Assembly: GCA_038134595.1 (NCBI GenBank)
Contig: JAYPVM010000006.1
Location: 32,001-96,000, forward strand
Direction of reading: 5' to 3'
Length of the DNA: 64,000 nt
DNA from: Pseudomonadota bacterium
GTDB taxonomy: Bacteria; Bdellovibrionota_C; UBA2361; OMII01
Made by a program: the position numbers and the translations under genes
Notes under the pieces: generated by a model
Told to the model about the DNA's origin: nothing
Seen by the model: the letters and a program-made list of their open reading frames with translations, nothing else
Database searches by the model: none
Shown here: piece after piece, positions 60,884-64,000 of the stretch
Numbering within the stretch: position 1 is the first letter of the stretch
How the letters are laid out: the number at the start of each line of letters is the position of its first letter

Positions 60884-62203
60884 TTGGGCAATCACCGACA
60901 AATCCTTCTCGAACACATTAATAATCCAGATCAACACACCCTTGCCGGGTATGAATCTAGAGACGGCTATAAAGCCGTCCTGAAGACTCTGGCTATGGAG
61001 TCCTCTGCAATTATCGATGAAGTCAAAAACTCTGGTCTCCGAGGTCGAGGAGGCGCAGGATTTCCTGCCGGTCAAAAGTGGAGCTTTGTCCCTCGCGATA
61101 CTGGAAAACCCACGTACATCATTTGCAATGCGGACGAAAGCGAGCCTGGAACGTTTAAAGATCGTCTCTTACTTGAGAAAAACCCCCACGCAATAATCGA
61201 AGGAATGATGATTGCCGCCCTAGCTGTTGGGAGCAAATGGATGTGTGTATACATCCGTGGAGAATATGCATTTCCGTATACACAGCTCAAAAAGGCGGTC
61301 GACGAGTGCTATCAAAAGGGATATCTAGGGAAGAACATCTTTGGCTCTCAGCGCGAGCTTGAACTAGTGGTTCATCGCGGAGCTGGGGCCTACATATGTG
61401 GGGAAGAGACAGGGCTTATTGAGTCACTCGAGGGGAAGAAAGGACAGCCGAGATTAAAGCCCCCCTACTTTCCCGCCGTCTTGGGGCTATATCATGCGCC
61501 AACAGTGCTCAATAACGTTGAGACTTATGCCGCAGTTCCATGGATAATTCGGAACGGCGCGGAGGAATATGCAAAAATAGGTACAGAGAAATCAAAAGGG
61601 ACAAAGCTTGTTTCTGCCTCGGGACACATCAACAACCCAGGTGTGTACGAAATTGAGATGGGGTATCCATTCAAACGATTCCTTGAGGAGGAGTGTGGCG
61701 GCATGCTAGACGGTACCACACTAAAGGCCGTCATTCCGGGTGGGTCATCAGTACCGATTGTAAGAGCCGATGAGATTGAAGATGTAACCATGGATTATGA
61801 GGGATGGAACAAGCTTGGAACATTTTTGGGCTCAGGGGGAGTTATTGTTATCAACGATTCAGTTGATATGGTTGACGCCATCCGCAACCTCACTCACTTT
61901 TATGCCCATGAATCATGTGGGCAATGCACCCCGTGTCGCGAGGGAGGGCATTGGTTGGCGAAAACCTTCGACAGAATCCTTGATCAACGAGGAAAACCTA
62001 AAGACATAGAGTTCATTCAAACAGTAGTTAACCAAATTGCGGGACACACAATTTGCTTTTTGGGCGACTCCCTAGCAATGCCGATAAAGAGTTTTATGGC
62101 GAAGTTTCCGGAGGAATTCGCAGCTCTCACAGAACACAAGGAAAGCTCACCAACAAAGGACATACAGAGCAACCTGCATGCATCGTACAATCAAGGGGCA
62201 TAA
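60884..62203 (+). CDS. nuoF: NADH-quinone oxidoreductase subunit F
   Basis: SGLRGRGGAGFP, NADESEPGTFKDR, GAGAYICGEET and ESCGQCTPCREG motifs; TTG start with GAGGT upstream. Confidence 0.96.
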   Translation: MGNHRQILLEHINNPDQHTLAGYESRDGYKAVLKTLAMESSAIIDEVKNSGLRGRGGAGFPAGQKWSFVPRDTGKPTYIICNADESEPGTFKDRLLLEKNPHAIIEGMMIAALAVGSKWMCVYIRGEYAFPYTQLKKAVDECYQKGYLGKNIFGSQRELELVVHRGAGAYICGEETGLIESLEGKKGQPRLKPPYFPAVLGLYHAPTVLNNVETYAAVPWIIRNGAEEYAKIGTEKSKGTKLVSASGHINNPGVYEIEMGYPFKRFLEEECGGMLDGTTLKAVIPGGSSVPIVRADEIEDVTMDYEGWNKLGTFLGSGGVIVINDSVDMVDAIRNLTHFYAHESCGQCTPCREGGHWLAKTFDRILDQRGKPKDIEFIQTVVNQIAGHTICFLGDSLAMPIKSFMAKFPEEFAALTEHKESSPTKDIQSNLHASYNQGA

Positions 62204-63302
62204 GCATACAATGGCAGTCGCAGACTGTCTTGCAAGAAAAATCCGCTCGGCAGAGCCTCTCGCTCGAGGCTCAAGTAAGACCTGCACTGCTGTATTGGAC
62301 ATGACATCGAAAGAAACGCGCGCCCTTAGTGTAAAAACCTTTCGATATTTCAATCGGAACAGCCCCACCTCTCATCAGGGGGCCTTCTCAGAGCTACTAT
62401 CCACACCATCTTCCTCAACAGAAACATCTCCCCGTACCACGGAGAGCTCGGGTGGCTATTACCGCTCAAAAGCCAAGCCGAACAATTGTGCAAGTCGAAC
62501 CATACAGATAGCCATACTAGTACTACTAACTATGTCTATTTTCCCACATCAAGCTGTTTGCACTCCTTCTCCAGAATCTCAGAAGTGGCAAACCTTACGA
62601 CCGGGATTAGAATCAATTACCACATCAGTCAGTGGTGAATTCCTCTTTTCCTCTTCAATCCTAGCTGTCCGGGCTTCACCAATTACATTTCAACCAAAAG
62701 TATTTCGCGCAGTAGAATTTGGGGCTCCAACGGCCTCAGCCAAGCGAGTTTGCCAGGCAAGTGGAGCCAGTGCTTGCATCAACGCAAACTTCTTCGACGA
62801 GCAACACCGCCCGCTTGGAACGGTGATCAGTCGAGGAATCATCCACAAAAATATCCACAGAGGAGGAGGAACCCTCACGGGCATCTTTGTAGCTACAAAA
62901 AACAGCTTATCCATAAAACATCGAAAAAGCTTCATTACGGAGAACGTTCTCGAAGCCTTTCAAGCTGGTCCACGTCTCATTGCTCATGGACATCCAGTTA
63001 GTGGTATCAAGGCATCGTCAGCACAAGGAGCGCTTTCCATTCTCTGCATTGATTCTGAAAAACGAATAATTTTGGCAAAAATTGCCCTTTCAATCTTCGC
63101 TCGTTATCCATCAAAAATCCAAAGCACATTACTGCAAAAGCCCTTTAACTGTATTGATGCGCTCAATCTCGATGGAGGAAGCTCGTCACAATTATTTGCG
63201 TGGGGAGAGCAAACTCCGGCAAAGCTCGACTCCTCGAAGGTTATCGACTCACCTGGTTTGGATATGGTTCCGGTGGTGTTTGCTCTTGTAGCGCGACCTT
63301 GA
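62178..63302 (+). CDS. Phosphodiester glycosidase (NAGPA) family protein; true start probably downstream, near 62480-62532
   Basis: INANFF, QAGPRLI and ALNLDGGSSSQL motifs; signal-like hydrophobic stretch near residues 108-125. Confidence 0.8.
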   Translation: MHRTIKGHKHTMAVADCLARKIRSAEPLARGSSKTCTAVLDMTSKETRALSVKTFRYFNRNSPTSHQGAFSELLSTPSSSTETSPRTTESSGGYYRSKAKPNNCASRTIQIAILVLLTMSIFPHQAVCTPSPESQKWQTLRPGLESITTSVSGEFLFSSSILAVRASPITFQPKVFRAVEFGAPTASAKRVCQASGASACINANFFDEQHRPLGTVISRGIIHKNIHRGGGTLTGIFVATKNSLSIKHRKSFITENVLEAFQAGPRLIAHGHPVSGIKASSAQGALSILCIDSEKRIILAKIALSIFARYPSKIQSTLLQKPFNCIDALNLDGGSSSQLFAWGEQTPAKLDSSKVIDSPGLDMVPVVFALVARP

Positions 63303-63661
63303 ACCAGGCAGGTATCTGAAGGGGGCCATCTTCATTCTAATAAGAGCTTCTTTCCGCCCACCATCAACCATTCCTCCGCTACGGTTCTATTATTACTCCT
63401 TCAAAAAACCCGCGCGAATCAAAGTCAGCTTGCATCCAAAAAGGTCGCTCTTTATCGCCCAACAAGCCTGCTCAGTGCCCGACAACGCATCTTTCTATCC
63501 ACTGATTAGGAAATCTTAAATGGCAACTGATACGATCTAAACATCCCCAAAACACTGTACAAACTCCTGTGGATGCCTGCCGCTGATTTTAAGTCCCCTG
63601 ATTCATGAGGTTTTGCGGCTCGGATAGATAGAATCTTCAGCCCTGCCCTATTCTCGTCAAA

Positions 63662-63700
63662 CAATGTACGTTGACATACATTGCTTCCTCCCTGTAGCTT
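63662..63700 (+). promoter_or_regulatory. Putative promoter with an inverted repeat straddling the -35
   Basis: CAATGTA-N8-TACATTG enclosing TTGACA (63671-63676); TAGCTT 18 nt downstream. Confidence 0.5.
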
Positions 63701-63763
63701 AGTTGAAGGTACTTGAAGTACTATATGAAGTATATCTGTTCGAGCAGTAATTGGAGTAGCTAC

Positions 63764-64000
63764 ATGACGGTTCACATTCTTGATAGGGAATTTACAGCAA
63801 AGGATGTACAAGAAATCCTGAGGACACTCACCGGTGATTCTGAAAAAATCGGTCTTGCATTACTAAACTACTACGCCCGAACAAATCTGGTTCCCACTAC
63901 AGGCAAGACGAAAAGCCGGGGCCGCGCCAAATATTCATATCCAGATTTAATCCTACTCTGTTGGCTCTTTCGAATGAAAAGAGAGGGACTTCCCGTCAAC
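63764..64000 (+). CDS. MerR-like HTH protein, 5' part (runs off the window end)
   Basis: Manual translation MTVHILDREFTAKDVQEILRTLTGDSEKIGLALLNYYARTNLVPTTGKTKSRGRAKYSYPDLILLCWLFRMKREGLPVN; GGAG SD; resembles the MerR 'LRYYE..GL.P......R.Y...DL..L..I......G' pattern. Confidence 0.75.
   Translation, partial: MTVHILDREFTAKDVQEILRTLTGDSEKIGLALLNYYARTNLVPTTGKTKSRGRAKYSYPDLILLCWLFRMKREGLPVN

Overview
A mostly housekeeping 64-kb stretch of a Gram-negative bacterial chromosome. Gene order and protein style suggest a deltaproteobacteria/Bdellovibrionota-like lineage (inference). Most genes lie on the minus strand. Content: the rimP-nusA-ylxR-infB-rbfA-nrnA-truB operon followed by purA, pentose-phosphate genes (tal, zwf, gnd), lolA-rimO, etfAB, dusB, a reduced dcw cluster (murC-murB-ftsQ-ftsA-ftsZ), tatBC, lpxD, lysC, tsaE, lepA, a UDP-xylose/GT-C glycosylation cluster, an isolated nuoF and a truncated MerR-like gene. 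I saw no rRNA, tRNA, CRISPR array, transposase or prophage. The most notable signals are non-coding. (1) A ~620-nt G/U-rich, densely base-paired RNA candidate (33602-34220) with its own promoter, directly upstream of a 95-aa unknown protein. (2) A ~420-nt structured region downstream of a cold-shock gene with a duplicated 15-nt motif held in a loop. (3) A ~165-nt promoter-to-terminator sRNA candidate with a C-rich anti-SD-like loop. Also notable: a Ski2/HelY-like helicase split into two genes, a catalytically degenerate stand-alone histidine kinase-like protein, and a nested internal start in lysC. All RNA helices were found by eye, and none was computed.
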